A stretch of DNA of 64,000 bases from Hormiphora californensis. Its lineage: Eukaryota; Animalia; Ctenophora. A program made the position numbers and the translations under genes. The stretch spans positions 4,588,001 through 4,652,000 of the forward strand of contig CM035350.1 in the NCBI GenBank assembly GCA_020137815.1, read 5' to 3'. The notes beneath the pieces were generated by a model. The model ran no database searches. It saw nothing but the letters and a program-made list of their open reading frames with translations, and was not told where the DNA came from. This document shows positions 13,830 to 45,078 of this stretch, piece after piece (the stretch's first letter is position 1; the number at the start of each line of letters is the position of its first letter).

Positions 13830-15270
13830 ACTGACAGGTGTCCCTAAGGAGGGAAACCTCAAATAGATAAAGTTTTTTGGAGCCGGGACCTGGGGTTTCG
13901 TATTTTTGAGAGGAATCCGAAAAACATAAAATTAAAATCAAAAAACGTACGGTTTTTTTGGAAAAAGGGGAAAAAAACTGTCATTTTTAGCGTTTTTCGA
14001 CTTTTTAATTTTCTAGAGTTTTAAAAAATTTTTTTAAAAAGATATGTTTTGTGTTTAGATAATAAAATAAAATCGATTTGCTAAAAATGGTCCCGGGTTT
14101 GTGTGATTTGGTCAAAAGCTTCTTTTTGTGGCCATAAAAGATGGTCTCTGAAAATATTTTTGGGGGGGCTCTGTGGCCGAGATAAAAACCAAAAAAGATT
14201 TTATACCCCAAAAATTTGGCGTTTTGAAGGGGGGAAAAACCCGGGTTTTTTACGAAATTGTTTCAGCGGGCTTTCAAAAATTACAGCCAAAAAACTGGTA
14301 AGGGGGTTTGGAAATACCCTCTTCAAAAAACCCCTAACCAGATAAGATTTCGAAATATAATCTTCGTACGAAAATGAAGTCAACAAACCCAAACGTGATC
14401 AAAAAACGGAAGTGTGAAAATTTTTTTCTTTTTAGAAGAAGGAAATAAAAGTGTTGTATTTTTAAAAAAAACCCCTAAAAAATATTTCAGAAAATTTTGC
14501 AATTTCAAAAAAAATTTGCCACGGGGGGTCTAAGTTGGTGATGGAGGGACATTTTTATTCGTTTTTTTGCATTTTTAGACGATTTGGGTAATTTTTCAGG
14601 CTTTAGGGGGGGTTTTTAAAAAAGGGCAAATAAAAGGGCACTTTTATTTTCGCTATAGCTCAAAAACGAAATAATTTACAAACTTCCCGTTTTTTGCTTC
14701 AGTTGGTTTTGTCTGGCTTCATTTCATGTACGAAGATGTATATTTTTCGAAATCTTATTGGATTGGGTTTGTTGAAAAAGGGTATTTCCGAAATCCCCTG
14801 TACCAGTTTTCGGCTGTAATTTTTTGAACGCCCTGCATGAAATCAATTTTGTAAAAAAAAGGTTGTTTTCCCTTGAAGACGCAAATTTTGGTGTAAATAA
14901 ATCTTCTTTTGGTTTTTATTGCGGCAAAAGGAGCCCAAAAATATTTGCCCCATAGCCATCTTTGATGGGGACAGTAAAGAGAGTTTGGGCCAAATCACAA
15001 ACCCCGGGGCCAATTTTGTACAAATCGATTGAAATTTTTATGCTAGAAGAAAAGATCTTCTTGTAAGGAAATATTTCTAAAATTCTAGAAAGCTAAAAAG
15101 TCAAAAAACGCGGGAAAAAAATGACAGTTTTTGGTTTTTTTACGCAAAAACCGCTACGTTTTCGTTTTAATTTTATTTTTTTCGGATTCCCGGTCAAAAT
15201 ACGTAACCCAGGTCGGTTAAAAAAAATTTATTGTCGAGGTTTCACCTCCTTAAGGGACACCGTGTGCAGT
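13830..15270. mobile_element. Long-TIR/palindromic non-autonomous element, low-quality sequence
   Basis: ACTGACAGGTGTCCCTAAGGAGGGAAACCTC at the left end mirrors GAGGTTTCACCTCCTTAAGGGACACCGTGTGCAGT at the right end. Arms are reverse-complementary with homopolymer noise. Confidence 0.6.
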
Positions 15271-15357
15271 GACACGTCCCTTTCCTCTTATTGATCTCCA
15301 GAATCCTACCACTCCTACGTTCTGAGTGAACATTTTATTGCAATTCTTGTCAATATA

Positions 15358-16733
15358 TTAAGCCAAAAACTAATTTTAAAAATTGTTGGCGGGAAAGGTG
15401 ACCCACTTAAAACCTTTGCTACTGCCGGGTATCCCCCACAAACTCCCCTTTAAAATTTTTGGTAAAAAAGGGGAGGGGAAAAAAGGAAAACCCCCCCCCC
15501 GCCCGCCTTTTGGCCCCCGGGGGGGGGGGGGGAAAAAAAAAAAGGGGAAACCCAAGGGGGGAAAAAAGGGGGGGGAAAAAAAAAAAATTTTTTTTTTTTT
15601 TTTGGAAAAGGGGGTTTTCTTCTCTCTCTTTTTCCTTCCCCCCCACCCCTTTAAATCACCTCTCTTTCACTGTCTTATTCCATTATATTCACCTCTTATA
15701 TCCCTGATCCCGGCAGCAGGCAAAGGTGTAAGTGGGTCACCTTTCCCGCCAACTAATTTAAATTAGTTTTTGGCTTAATTTAGGTCCCTTTTTGGTTTCT
15801 AATCACAGCATGACATTATTTCATGATGTGATATTGTCGAAATGATGCGCTATATGAGAAACGAGACGAATTTCTGTGAAAATCGTATTTTAGACGTCAT
15901 AATGACGTCATTTGACGTAATTAGTGACGTCGTAACGACGTAATTGCATCACGATATATTTTTAATCAATACCCCAAAGGAGCTTGTAAAGTTTCATTGA
16001 CCACAGTGGTCAGGAAAGGGAGTTTTTGCTCGAAAAACGTTCAATTTGCTGAATTTTTCGTCAAATTTTTGACTTCCGACGCGATTTAAGGGCTCAAAAT
16101 GATAAGCTACGAAAATTCGCTTTATAGTATCTGAAAGTTCAGACGATTTGCCGGTAACGATTTTTCGTCAAATCAGAAATCGGAACACGTCTTCAGGGTG
16201 CTAGAGGCGTTTGAAAAAAGTTAGTCGGTCTCGCGCAATGACGTCACTCATGACGTCATTGCGCCCGTCATAGGTAAGATGGAGAGTCGCCACCCAAATG
16301 GGTACATGCACGAGACAATTGTCTGTCGAATGCCGCTTGGTTTAAGGTCGTACAATGTCTGGTTCGTCTCAAACTGGGACAAAACGGAAGGTAACAAAGC
16401 GTCTATCCATGTATGTATGTATGTATGTATGTATCAACCTAGTTATCCCCACACTGAATTTTCTGTTTTGGGGGTGGTGTTATAACTTTTGAACAAAAAG
16501 AGCCAGCCACTTGAAATTTTTACCATCGATAGAGGTCTACAAGAAGCTTCTAAGTACAAAATTTCAGCTTCCTAGCTCTTCTGGTTCGGGAGTTATGGTG
16601 TGTCAAAAAGTGCCAAAATGGGCTAAAAGTATGAAATAACTATATATACGCTGTGAGCAAGCGGGCCGTTTTTGGGGGAAATTTTTTTCGGGGGATGGAT
16701 GGGGTCACCTTTGCGCTTGCCAGCGCAGTGATT
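15358..16733 (+). mobile_element. HINE element, copy 2
   Basis: Reverse complement of 1993-3374. The microsatellite portion (15400-15650) is corrupted into homopolymer runs. Confidence 0.7.
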
Positions 16734-17007
16734 GGCCCGCTAGTTGTACCTCCACATTTTGTTACCGTGTTGCTCTGTTTGATTTCCTCGATGCCACTTT
16801 TTGTAACTCTGTCGTTTAACACACGTTGCTTTTCTATCCTATGTAGCTCAATATAAGCGTGTGGAAGATTGCCCTGCAGTCGTGCAGGGGGAGACTGTAC
16901 CACCTGTACCAACAGGAACTTAGCTGTTGTTGTCAGGACAACAGGAGAGTTTCCAGGACAACAGGAGTAGCCGTTACCAAGGACAACACCCCCGGGTTAC
17001 TACCACA

Positions 17008-17664
17008 ATGGGGGTCGACAACACCTGCCTCAGAGACAAGATACTGGTGTTGAATGAACTGAAGAAGCACAACAATAACATCCAACTGGTTTCCGAAAAG
17101 ACAGGATTTGATAAGGAGACGATTAAAAAGTGGGCAAACCAAAAAAACAAGAACAACAGTGCGCCTGTCAAGGCAAAGAAGAGGCGAGGTGGTGGTGGGG
17201 CTGTGACAGGAGGGGGTGGTGGAGGTACAAGCAAACCATCCTCTGCAGCAGCGGTAACCCCTGCACCCACTGACGGGAAGGACAAGTCCGTCTATACCAT
17301 GACTGTGGATGAGAAACTATGGGAGTGTTATAACAAGTATCGAGATGCAGGTCATTACGTTACCGCGGGACGCCTCCGGGATTTAACACATCGGATAATC
17401 AACGAGAACGAGCTGAGTGATTTTGAGTATTCGACTGAGTGGTTGCGGGGGTGGATGGAGGGTTATAAGCTTATCCATCACAAGGAAAGTAGCACAGAGA
17501 GTAGTTCCCCAGTGGGGATATCTGATAGTGAGGAGAGGGAGGAGAGAAAGGTGAAGGAAGCGGAGAAAGCAAGGAGGAAGGATGAGAGGGCAGGCAGGGC
17601 TGATATACTGAGTAGTGAGGATCTTGTCTTCAAACAAGACGAATACGATTCGGTAATGATCTAA
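17008..17664 (+). CDS. CENP-B/pogo-Tigger-type double HTH DNA-binding protein lacking the DDE domain
   Basis: LRDKILVLNELKK...VSEKTGFDKETIKKW resembles the N-terminal psq-type HTH. VDEKLWECYNKYRDAGHYVTAGRLRDL...FEYSTEWLRGW resembles the CENP-B HTH. Short acidic/basic tail, then stop. Confidence 0.65.
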   Translation: MGVDNTCLRDKILVLNELKKHNNNIQLVSEKTGFDKETIKKWANQKNKNNSAPVKAKKRRGGGGAVTGGGGGGTSKPSSAAAVTPAPTDGKDKSVYTMTVDEKLWECYNKYRDAGHYVTAGRLRDLTHRIINENELSDFEYSTEWLRGWMEGYKLIHHKESSTESSSPVGISDSEEREERKVKEAEKARRKDERAGRADILSSEDLVFKQDEYDSVMI

Positions 17665-18449
17665 TAGAGCTTTGTCATTCCTTGTCACGATCACTTTAAT
17701 AATACATTAGTTGGACACAAATAGTGCGCTATTCATGTTTTTGTGTACTGTCTTCATTAAAAAGGTATCTACATATCATATCTACGCATCATGTTAACCT
17801 CTTTTTATTGCCACTGTATCGTTCTATGTACTTTTCTCTTTTGACAACCATTCATCTCATCCATCTCTTCTTCCTCTACTATAACTCTCCCCTCTGATTT
17901 GTTGAGAGAGGGAGAAAGAGACAGAGAGACAGAGAGAGAGAAAACGTTTATACGGCTCGAGCTTTAATGGGTCCTCCTCTGTTCGATGTTAAGCGGTACA
18001 GGTACAGGGCACTCTAAGTGCACTCTAAAGATAGTTTCAAACAGTCGCTTGTGTCTGCATGTCTGTCTCTCTGTATGCGCCTATCTGCCTGTCTATCATA
18101 TCTGTCTGTTTTTCTGTCTGTCTCCTTTGTTTACGTGTCTATTGTAAACAACACAGGTAGACCCCATGTTTTGTGTGGTAAAACGTTTTGTGTGTGGGTC
18201 TCCGTGAGAGTGTTAATTGTTTTCAAAAGTCAAAAGGAGAAGAAGTCATCAGAAGTTAACACGAGAGTCGAGAGCTAGTCTGAAAAAGAAATTATAAAAG
18301 TGGAAATAGTATATCTCTTATGCTGTCGCTGTCTGTGGTCGTAGAGCGTGAGAAGCAGTTCTCTCATACACTCCTGCTCTAGTGGCTTACTTTTTACCAT
18401 AATTCATTCTTTATCTTTCTCACCCTCTCTCTCTCACTCTCTCTCTCTT

Positions 18450-18500
<51 letters not shown>

Positions 18501-18997
18501 TTCTCTCCATTCCACATTGTTGATTGTATCTCTCCTGCTCTTTCTTAACTTTCTCCTCTCTCTCTATCTCTATCTTTCTCCCTCCTCCCCTCTCTCTCCC
18601 TCCTCCCCTCTCTCTATCTCTCTCTCCTTCCAATTCTCTCGACAGATCTCAGCCGGAAACTAGTGTGCTGCGTGCGTGTTCTCGCACACTACAGCAGCAG
18701 CAGGAGTGTGTGTGCATTGTGTGTATTAGTAGATTGTGTAAGATGTTTGATATGCGCTCCTTCTACCCGCTACTTTGTGAAGGTGCTGCGGGGGCCGCCG
18801 GCCTCTCATCCTCCCGAAATATGGTACATTGTTGAGTGGGGTGGGGTGAACCACCGGTTAGGAAACAAAGATCGAAACACTCAGACGCGATACAGAATAT
18901 CAAATCGATTCTGCCTTGTGTTTAAGAACTGTCCGTCTAAAAACTAAACTATGCCCTTTATTATTAACGAGTGTTGGGATTTGTTATGTCTGTTTCA

Positions 18998-20774
18998 TGA
19001 AACATGGTACATTGTGTTGTGTGCTAGAAACATGGTACATTGTGTTGTGTGCGAGAAACATGGTACATTGGGTTGTGTGCGAGAAACATGGTACATTGTG
19101 TTGTGTGCTAGAAACATGGTACATTGGGTTGTGTGCTAGAAACATGGTACATTGTGTTGTGTGCTAGAAACATGGTAACGGGTGACAACTAAAAATCTGG
19201 ACATTTTTCTGTGAGCTCTAGCGCCGGCCCCGTTTGAGATACAGCTTCGGGCCAGTAATAGAACGATTTTTCAGACAATTTTGAATCATAATAATACAGC
19301 GGGAAAGGCTAAAAAGTTCATTTTCATTGCGATATTGCATCATTTCCTCTTGACCCACCAAATCATGTAGTACAGAGATTTGAGATTTCTATGTTATCAG
19401 GAACGACCTTCCCGATGAGATAGAATTCTCAAATTAAAAAAAATGGTTTTTCATGCCATAACCAACATAACTGCCAAGTTTCAACATTTTAGCTCATCAG
19501 GAAATTGGTTTTCCACGTCATAAATGTTTCGAGAGATCGTCAAAATGGCGATTTCTCAAACTACCTGTAAACTACGCTTTGGAGGGTTTGTTACAGATGA
19601 TTCTGTGATCAGAATTGAGATTAACGGAGTGTGAAACAAAGTTAATATCGTTCAAAATTGTCTGAAAATCATTCTATCACTGTCCCGAAGCTGTATCTCA
19701 AAAAGAATAGGCGCTAGAGGTGCTAGAAAAGTGTGTAAATTTCATGTAATACATGGTTTGGTGGGGCAAGAGAAAGTGATGCGATATCGCAATGAAAATG
19801 AACTTTTTAGTCTTTTCCGCTGTGTTATTATGATTCAAAATTGTCTGAAAAATCGTTCTATTACTGGCCCGAAGCTGTATCTCAAACGGGGCCGGCGCTG
19901 GAGCTCACAGAAAAATGTCCAGATTTTTAGTTGTCACCCGTTACATTGTGTTGTGTGCTAGAAACATGGTACATTGTGTTGTGTGCTAGAAACATGGTAC
20001 ATTGTGTTGTGTGCTAGAAACATGGTACATTGTGTTGTGTGCTAGAAACATGGTACATTGTGTTGTGTGCTAGAAACATGGTACATTGTGTTGTGTGCTA
20101 GAAACATGGTACATTGTGTTGTGTGCTAGAAACATGGTACATTGTGTTGTGTGCTAGAAACATGGTACATTGTGTTGTGTGCTAGAAACATGGTACATTG
20201 TGTTGTGTGCTAGAAACATGGTACATTGTGTTGTGTGCTAGAAACATGGTACATTGTGTTGTGTGCTAGAAACATGGTACATTGTGTTGTGTGCTAGAAA
20301 CATGGTACATTGTGTTGTGTGCTAGAAACATGGTACATTGTGTTGTGTGCTAGAAACATGGTACATTGTGTTGTGTGCTAGAAACATGGTACATTGTGTT
20401 GTGTGCTAGAAACATGGTACATTGTGTTGTGTGCTAGAAACATGGTACATTGTGTTGTGTGCTAGAAACATGGTACATTGTGTTGTGTGCTAGAAACATG
20501 GTACATTGGGTTGTGTGCTAGAAACATGGTACATTGTGTTGTGTGCTAGAAACATGGTACATTGTGTTGTGTGCTAGAAACATGGTACATTGTGTTGTGT
20601 GCTAGAAACATGGTACATTGGGTTGTGTGCTAGAAACATGGTACATTGTGTTGTGTGCTAGAAACATGGTACATTGTGTTGTGTGCTAGAAACATGGTAC
20701 ATTGTGTTGTGTGCTAGAAACATGGTACATTGTGTTGTGTGCTAGAAACATGGTACATTGTGTTGTGTGCTAGA
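18998..20774. repeat. 28-bp minisatellite GAAACATGGTACATTGTGTTGTGTGCTA, interrupted by a MITE
   Basis: Head-to-tail near-identical units at 18998-19177 and 19942-20774. Confidence 0.95.
19178..19941. mobile_element. Tc1/mariner-type MITE with long TIRs and TA TSD
   Basis: TA|ACGGGTGACAACTAAAAATCTGG...CCAGATTTTTAGTTGTCACCCGT|TA, inserted at the TA of GGTACA in one satellite unit. TIRs ~190 bp. Confidence 0.85.
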
Positions 20775-21553
20775 AAGATAGAGAAACATTTACATAGTTG
20801 GGGCCGACAAAAACTCATTAGTACATTTTTGAAGTGTCAACAGTCAACAAATGAAATTTAATACACACCTTCTTCCGTTCATCCTCTCATTCTATGCGTA
20901 TTCGAACAATTAAGTGTTCTGCAGAACGTTATTTAATATGTTTCCCTAATGCTACACGTCGTGTTCTCTTTCATTATCCGTATTATTATTTCATCTATCC
21001 GTATCGATCGGTTTCTCTGCTCTTTTCCTTTCTCTTGCTCAAATTTATCATTGCACATCTTTCGCGGCAGAAATATACCAGCACCGCACGTTTCACAAAA
21101 CACCCTACACGTAATACATAGCTCAGAGATTTGAGAGAGAGAGAGACCCACACCCACCCCTCCTGAGTTTATTGATTTTAGCACGCATCCATCTCAAGTC
21201 TAGCTGACCCACAGTACACACCGCACACACAAAGTAAGTATACAAGCTTGCTACACGGCATTGCGAGATATGCTTGCAGTGTGAAATACACACACTAGAA
21301 TCCGGCTCTCTTTAGATCTTTCTAGTAGCTTGCCGCTTACACACACTCCATCGCTCTCCATAGCTAATATTACATGCTCACCGTACCATATCAATATTTT
21401 CATCATGACTCAACTTCATTCCGTATTTTACATCAATCACTGAGTATTATTGACTTAATTGATGAGTTAATTAATAGTTAATTGATGAGATAATTAATAG
21501 TTAATTGATGTGTTAATGACATTCCTTTATCTTGACAGGTAATCGGGACTCAG

Positions 21554-24736
<3,183 letters not shown>

Positions 24737-26508
24737 GAGAGAGAGATATGTCCTGCAAATGAGAGACAATGCAGCACACTTCATCACATGAACACTCTTT
24801 CTCCCCCTTTACTCCCGTCAATGTGTTGAGTGAGATGACAGAGAGAATAATATCATACTAATGTGCACACTCATTTTCTCATCCCTCTTTAATTATATCC
24901 CCCCTCATTCTATACATTTTCTCTTGATAATTATTATAATTATTAGTTGTATGAGAGCGTTTTATTGTGATATATTTAGAAATCCAGTAGATCTTTGCTC
25001 TGATCTCTCTATAACATCCCAATTCTTGAGGTTCTCACCGATAAAATGGGTCAGGTGGGAGCTCTAGAGAGAGAGTTGAGCCTCGATATGTGGACTGTGA
25101 TTCTGATGATAATAATTAGTTCCCACATCACAATAGTACTTTCCCCCGTGCCCCCATTCTGTTGCATGGATTTATATTATGTTTCTCTCTCTCCGTGCAG
25201 TGAATCGACTAGTGTGTGATATTTGGAGGAGGGAGAGAGAGAGTGTGTGATATCATACAATATCAGGTTTGTGTGTATTTACGTGTGTCTGTTTGTTGAT
25301 ATAAACATGTTGCCAGGGCATTTTCCCTGACAACTGTTGCCGTGCGTGAATGGGTGTGTTGTGTAATGTGTATGCTGGGTAGATCGTGATATATATGATT
25401 ATATTTGGGCAGTGAATGCACTAGTATGCGTGAATCTGTTATAGTGTTGCTATATATATATAAATATAATATCTTTCTCTCTCTTCCTCTATTTGTATCG
25501 CCCCAACACATTATCGATTTTTATAAACCATTGAAATTTTGCTGTTTTGGAATTTGTCAATGAAAAGGGTACCATCTCTAGTTGTCTGGCAGCGCCGACT
25601 CGATTCGAGAATCAAAACTGCCGGTCTGGCGGACGCCATACAGATCTCTCGGCAGTTTCTCTGTCAGTGCGATGCCTGACAGAAGTTCCTTATTTTATTG
25701 TCAGACAAAACGAAAGAGATGGTACCTTTCTGAGGGACGTGGCCTTGGGTTTTGACCGTGCAGTCAGATCGTATTTGCTCCGCAAGATAATTGACAGGGG
25801 CTGGGCATGTCTGCAGGCGCCAGACAGGGCTGGCCTGGGCAAGTGTAAGAACTGTCTGGCGACGCCAGACCCCGATTTGATTCTCAAATCTAATCTTAGT
25901 GTGTGACAGTGCGCTCAGATGGGGTCCGTGGCGCCAGATAGGGCTGTAAGAAGTAAAAACGAGTGATCTACCGAGGTCCAAAAAGTTACATCTTTTTACA
26001 ATAAAATCTTTCCAACACGTTTTGCTCGTACAAAAAGTATAAAAACGGTAGCAGAATAAGTGCAGTAACTGTAAATGTAAATCAAAATACTCACAGCTAG
26101 CAACAAGTCAACTCTCTTTTTGATTTTTAACACAATCTCTCATCACTTATAAATCGGCTTAACAAGACAGATTGGCGCTAAATTCATTAATGAATTGATT
26201 GGTGATCTGGCCTGTTCACAGTTGGAGCACACGAATATAAAGTACTCATAATTGCCTGACCAGTATAATTGCACCGTCCCATATCCTGTTCTACAAAGCG
26301 AACGTACAAAACGGGTCTTAAAAATCTACAAAATAATTCTTAATTTCTCAATTCTAGCAGTCCATTGCTCGCTGCTATTTGAGTCTTGCATTCACATTTC
26401 TCTCGAGTCTCTGTCTCTCTTTCGTCTCCATCCCGGGGCGAGCTGCTATCAATGCTATCATTGTCTCACAAACTGCAGTGATTTTAGTACACGCATGCCC
26501 AAATATGG

Positions 26509-41659
<15,151 letters not shown>

Positions 41660-42301
41660 CTCACGGGCATGGTGTTCTTCCTTTAACACGCAGACAACAA
41701 GTAGTGCAACAGACTAATCAAACAATCGGAAATATGACGAGCTGAGCACACTTCCTCCTTTTCTGCGGCTGGTCAAATGCAAGAGAGGTTGTTTGACAGG
41801 CCACTGGCAGGCTCGTTTACAAACGAGGTGAGTGCAGGCAGTATAATTAGTGTATTTCAGAAAGAGAGAAAGTGAGAGAAGGCGCTGCTGTGTAATCACT
41901 TCAACACTGAGGCAAATGTGCTACATTCCTCCGCAAAATGACCGTGAGATTCAAACGAGTAAACAAATAATAAAGCCGCGCGCGACGCGCAAAAGAATTT
42001 AGTAAGTTCTTTTGCGCGCCACAACTTTTTAACAAATTTCAACAAAAGATCAAGATTTTTGGGCCAAAGTTTTAAAATCTAAATTTTCACGAAGCTAACG
42101 CCGACTTTTGTTGACGTGATTCATGACGTGGGCTACCTATTTCTAGCGATTAGATTACATAATACATAACTGTGCGAACTAAACTGACTATTTCTGGGCA
42201 GCTAAACAGGGTGAAGCAGGTTGGGATGTGTATTTTTGTGCGTGCCCTGCCCACCAGTATTATTATTGGCCTCACAGTGACATATAAACATAACGCAAAT
42301 G

Positions 42302-43856
42302 CTAATCTAAGCCAGAAACAAAATAATTACTTACCAAAATATCCAAATCTTTGACGGCTTCCTTCGCTGATTTGGGTTTGGTGACGTTGGCCGCCTCCTG
42401 CCGAGCAGCTTCAATCCTATCCATTGCACGCTGGTACCAGGCCCGGTGTCCACTGGTAGTAGTGGCAAACACTGGCATCTTCTTCCACCGAGGCAGAGGG
42501 GCAACTTCAACAACGGTCTTGTTTTGTAATCGTAGCTGTGTATCCAGATTTTTAATGCCTTTCATTTTTGGAGTCTTCAGAGTCTTAGCCAGATCATAGT
42601 TTGGAGGGAGAACCTTTTTTCGGGGTGCCACAGCAGCGGGAGTTGCTAATCTCATTATGGGGGTCTGCCGGGTCCAAACACTCGAAGATGACCTGCTGAG
42701 GGGTTTCCGAGGTGGGGAATTGTTTTGTACAGCCAGCTTCGTGGTATCTGGGAAGGGCGGTAGTGAGACATCATCATCTGTCTCACAGTCATCAGATTCA
42801 GTTTCCTCATCATCAATCCACATTTCCACAGGTGGAGTAACCACTTTTCTCCCATAGGTTTCCATACTTCTCTGTCTACATTTCCGTGTAGATAGGGGTG
42901 ATGCAAACACCTCAATCTTGTGTGATTCCGCTTCTCCGATCTCTAAACTTAGTTTCGGTTCATCTGAACTGTATCCTGATTCCTCCTTCTCTCGTTCCTT
43001 CATGAGCCAAATACTCGCATCCCATCCGGCACACGTTTCACACTGGGGCAGACTGTAACTCCCAAACTCGTGAATGTTGTCGACAACAAGTGGCCGAGGG
43101 CGGTCCGGGGATGGGGGCGGGGTGAGAGGTGGTGTGGCGTCAACTGTGCTAACAAGGGCATAGTCACCCTCACTCATATCGACACAATACATCCCTCCTT
43201 TTGATAGGATGATACTCTTTTGAGATTTCTGGGATTGGTGCCTCTCCTTCACCTCCTTCTCCTCCTCGGGATCGCCACAACTAGGGGTGTCAATTTGTAG
43301 GAATTCCAGGTCAGGAACGACCAGGGAATCGCCCGCAATTCCCACAACTTCCATCTCGATATCACTCAGCTCACTCTCAGTGTCACTATCAAACAAACTG
43401 TCAGTGGCACGGTATGCCAGACTCCAGTCGCTCTCTCCAGGAGAGGTTGTGGTGGGTGGCGCCATGTAGGGGACACACCCTCCCTGGGGGTCCAGGAGAG
43501 TCTGGTTGCCCAGCAACCGCTCCCTAACTGACTCAACCACCTGCGGTTCATACGTAAACCCAGATTTCTCCTTCGTTTCCACCTTCTTGAAACTGCCCCG
43601 AACGTTACCCAACATTTCCTCGTGTCGCTTAGAGCTCACTTGGATCTTACGAAGGGCAGTAGCGTTAGCGTTAGCGTCAAGAAGAGTAAAGCTCTTTGTC
43701 GAAGAACAAGCAATGGACTGATGAAGTTTAACAAAATCGGCACACTCCTCCTGGTAAATTGGTCCGCTCCTTAGCCAACTGATACTTCCTCTTGGTGGTA
43801 GGTGAAATAGCCCCGAACCTCCGTGCACGCAAGATGGGCGAGTCGAGAAACGCCAT
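42302..43856 (-). CDS. Paralogue A of an unrecognised intronless family; one +1 frame change at ~43728-43760
   Basis: MAFLDSP..RFGAISPTTKRKYQL joins EECADFVKLHQ..LLD..ALRKI..FKKVETKEKSGF. C-terminal TSGHRAW..DLDILV is shared with paralogues B and C. Confidence 0.7.
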
Positions 43857-45078
43857 CAAAGGGAAACTGATAAATTGATTAGTAATAGGGGAACTGTGAT
43901 GAAATACGTGCAACAGCAGCAGAGTGTATAGAAGGAGAAGAAAAAAGGGTATTATAGTTGTCCTGTCTGTCCTATAGGGTTGGCATACCGGGAAACAATT
44001 AATTGGGTTACTGGCTGCACATTAGGGAGAGACAATTGGAGGAGCTGCAAGCACAACAGCTACCTACAAATGCACTACAAATTCGTCATTTGCTAACTAC
44101 CACCACCACCCTTCACATTTAATTAAACGTTGTGCACGTAGCTACATTCAATTCAAACTAATTATTATTGTCCCCCTCCTACTACTGCAGAGCTGCTACA
44201 AAGTGAGAGAGAATGTTCGAAATGTGCAGCACGTGTTGCATTCCCTGCAACTCTCAATTCAATTTGGTGCAGCAAGCAGGTGTCTGGGGGAGAGAGACTA
44301 GAGAGAATGTGTATGCGTGTGTGAGAGAGGGAGGGTTTGACGTTGAAAAAAGTACCACTGAGGCACCGGACGGGAGCTAGGTGAAGTATGGAGGAATTTA
44401 CAAAACACATATAAAGAAGTTCATCTCAACTGTCCGGCTGGGAAGAAAACACATGAACAGGAAAGAATTTGTGCTTTTTGAATGTAGAAGATTCCCCCCT
44501 AGAATCACAACAACTTAAATTCTAACACTAACTAATAGTAACAATTATAGAGTGCACAGTTTTTATGTAGTTCATGCATGGATCCTCGGGAGAATTCTAC
44601 CAAAGTTTATCTTCATGCATGATATATCTGCATGATCAGATCTCTACATTCAATATTGTACTGTGATTGTTCACATCGAGACATGAACTGCACTCACATA
44701 CTGGCAACGCCCCACCACCGGCCTCCCGTTCTCCAGGCCGTTTTTAATTTGGGGTGACACCACGGTAACATGTTTCTTGTCGACAATCTAAAGAGAGCAA
44801 AAAGAGAAGTATATATTCACATCAGAGGAGGATATAATGTTGTACATATTTCATGGGGCACAAAAAACAAGGAAGCATGTTGTTTCTTGACACAATACGA
44901 GGAGAATTAGGGTTTCAATGACACGTTCACATGCACGATAAGATGGAAGCTGTACACAGAGCGAGGATCAGAGTGTCGGGGTAAAATGCACGACTCAGGA
45001 TTATATCGCTACTACTGGTACAAATCAGAGTGTCAAGATCTTTAGAAGGATCTTCTGGCACAAAGCATGACACACAGC

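Noticed and set aside
18998-20774. CRISPR-like array of 28-bp repeats
   Set aside because: Units are head-to-tail with no unique spacers, there are no cas genes, and the context is eukaryotic.
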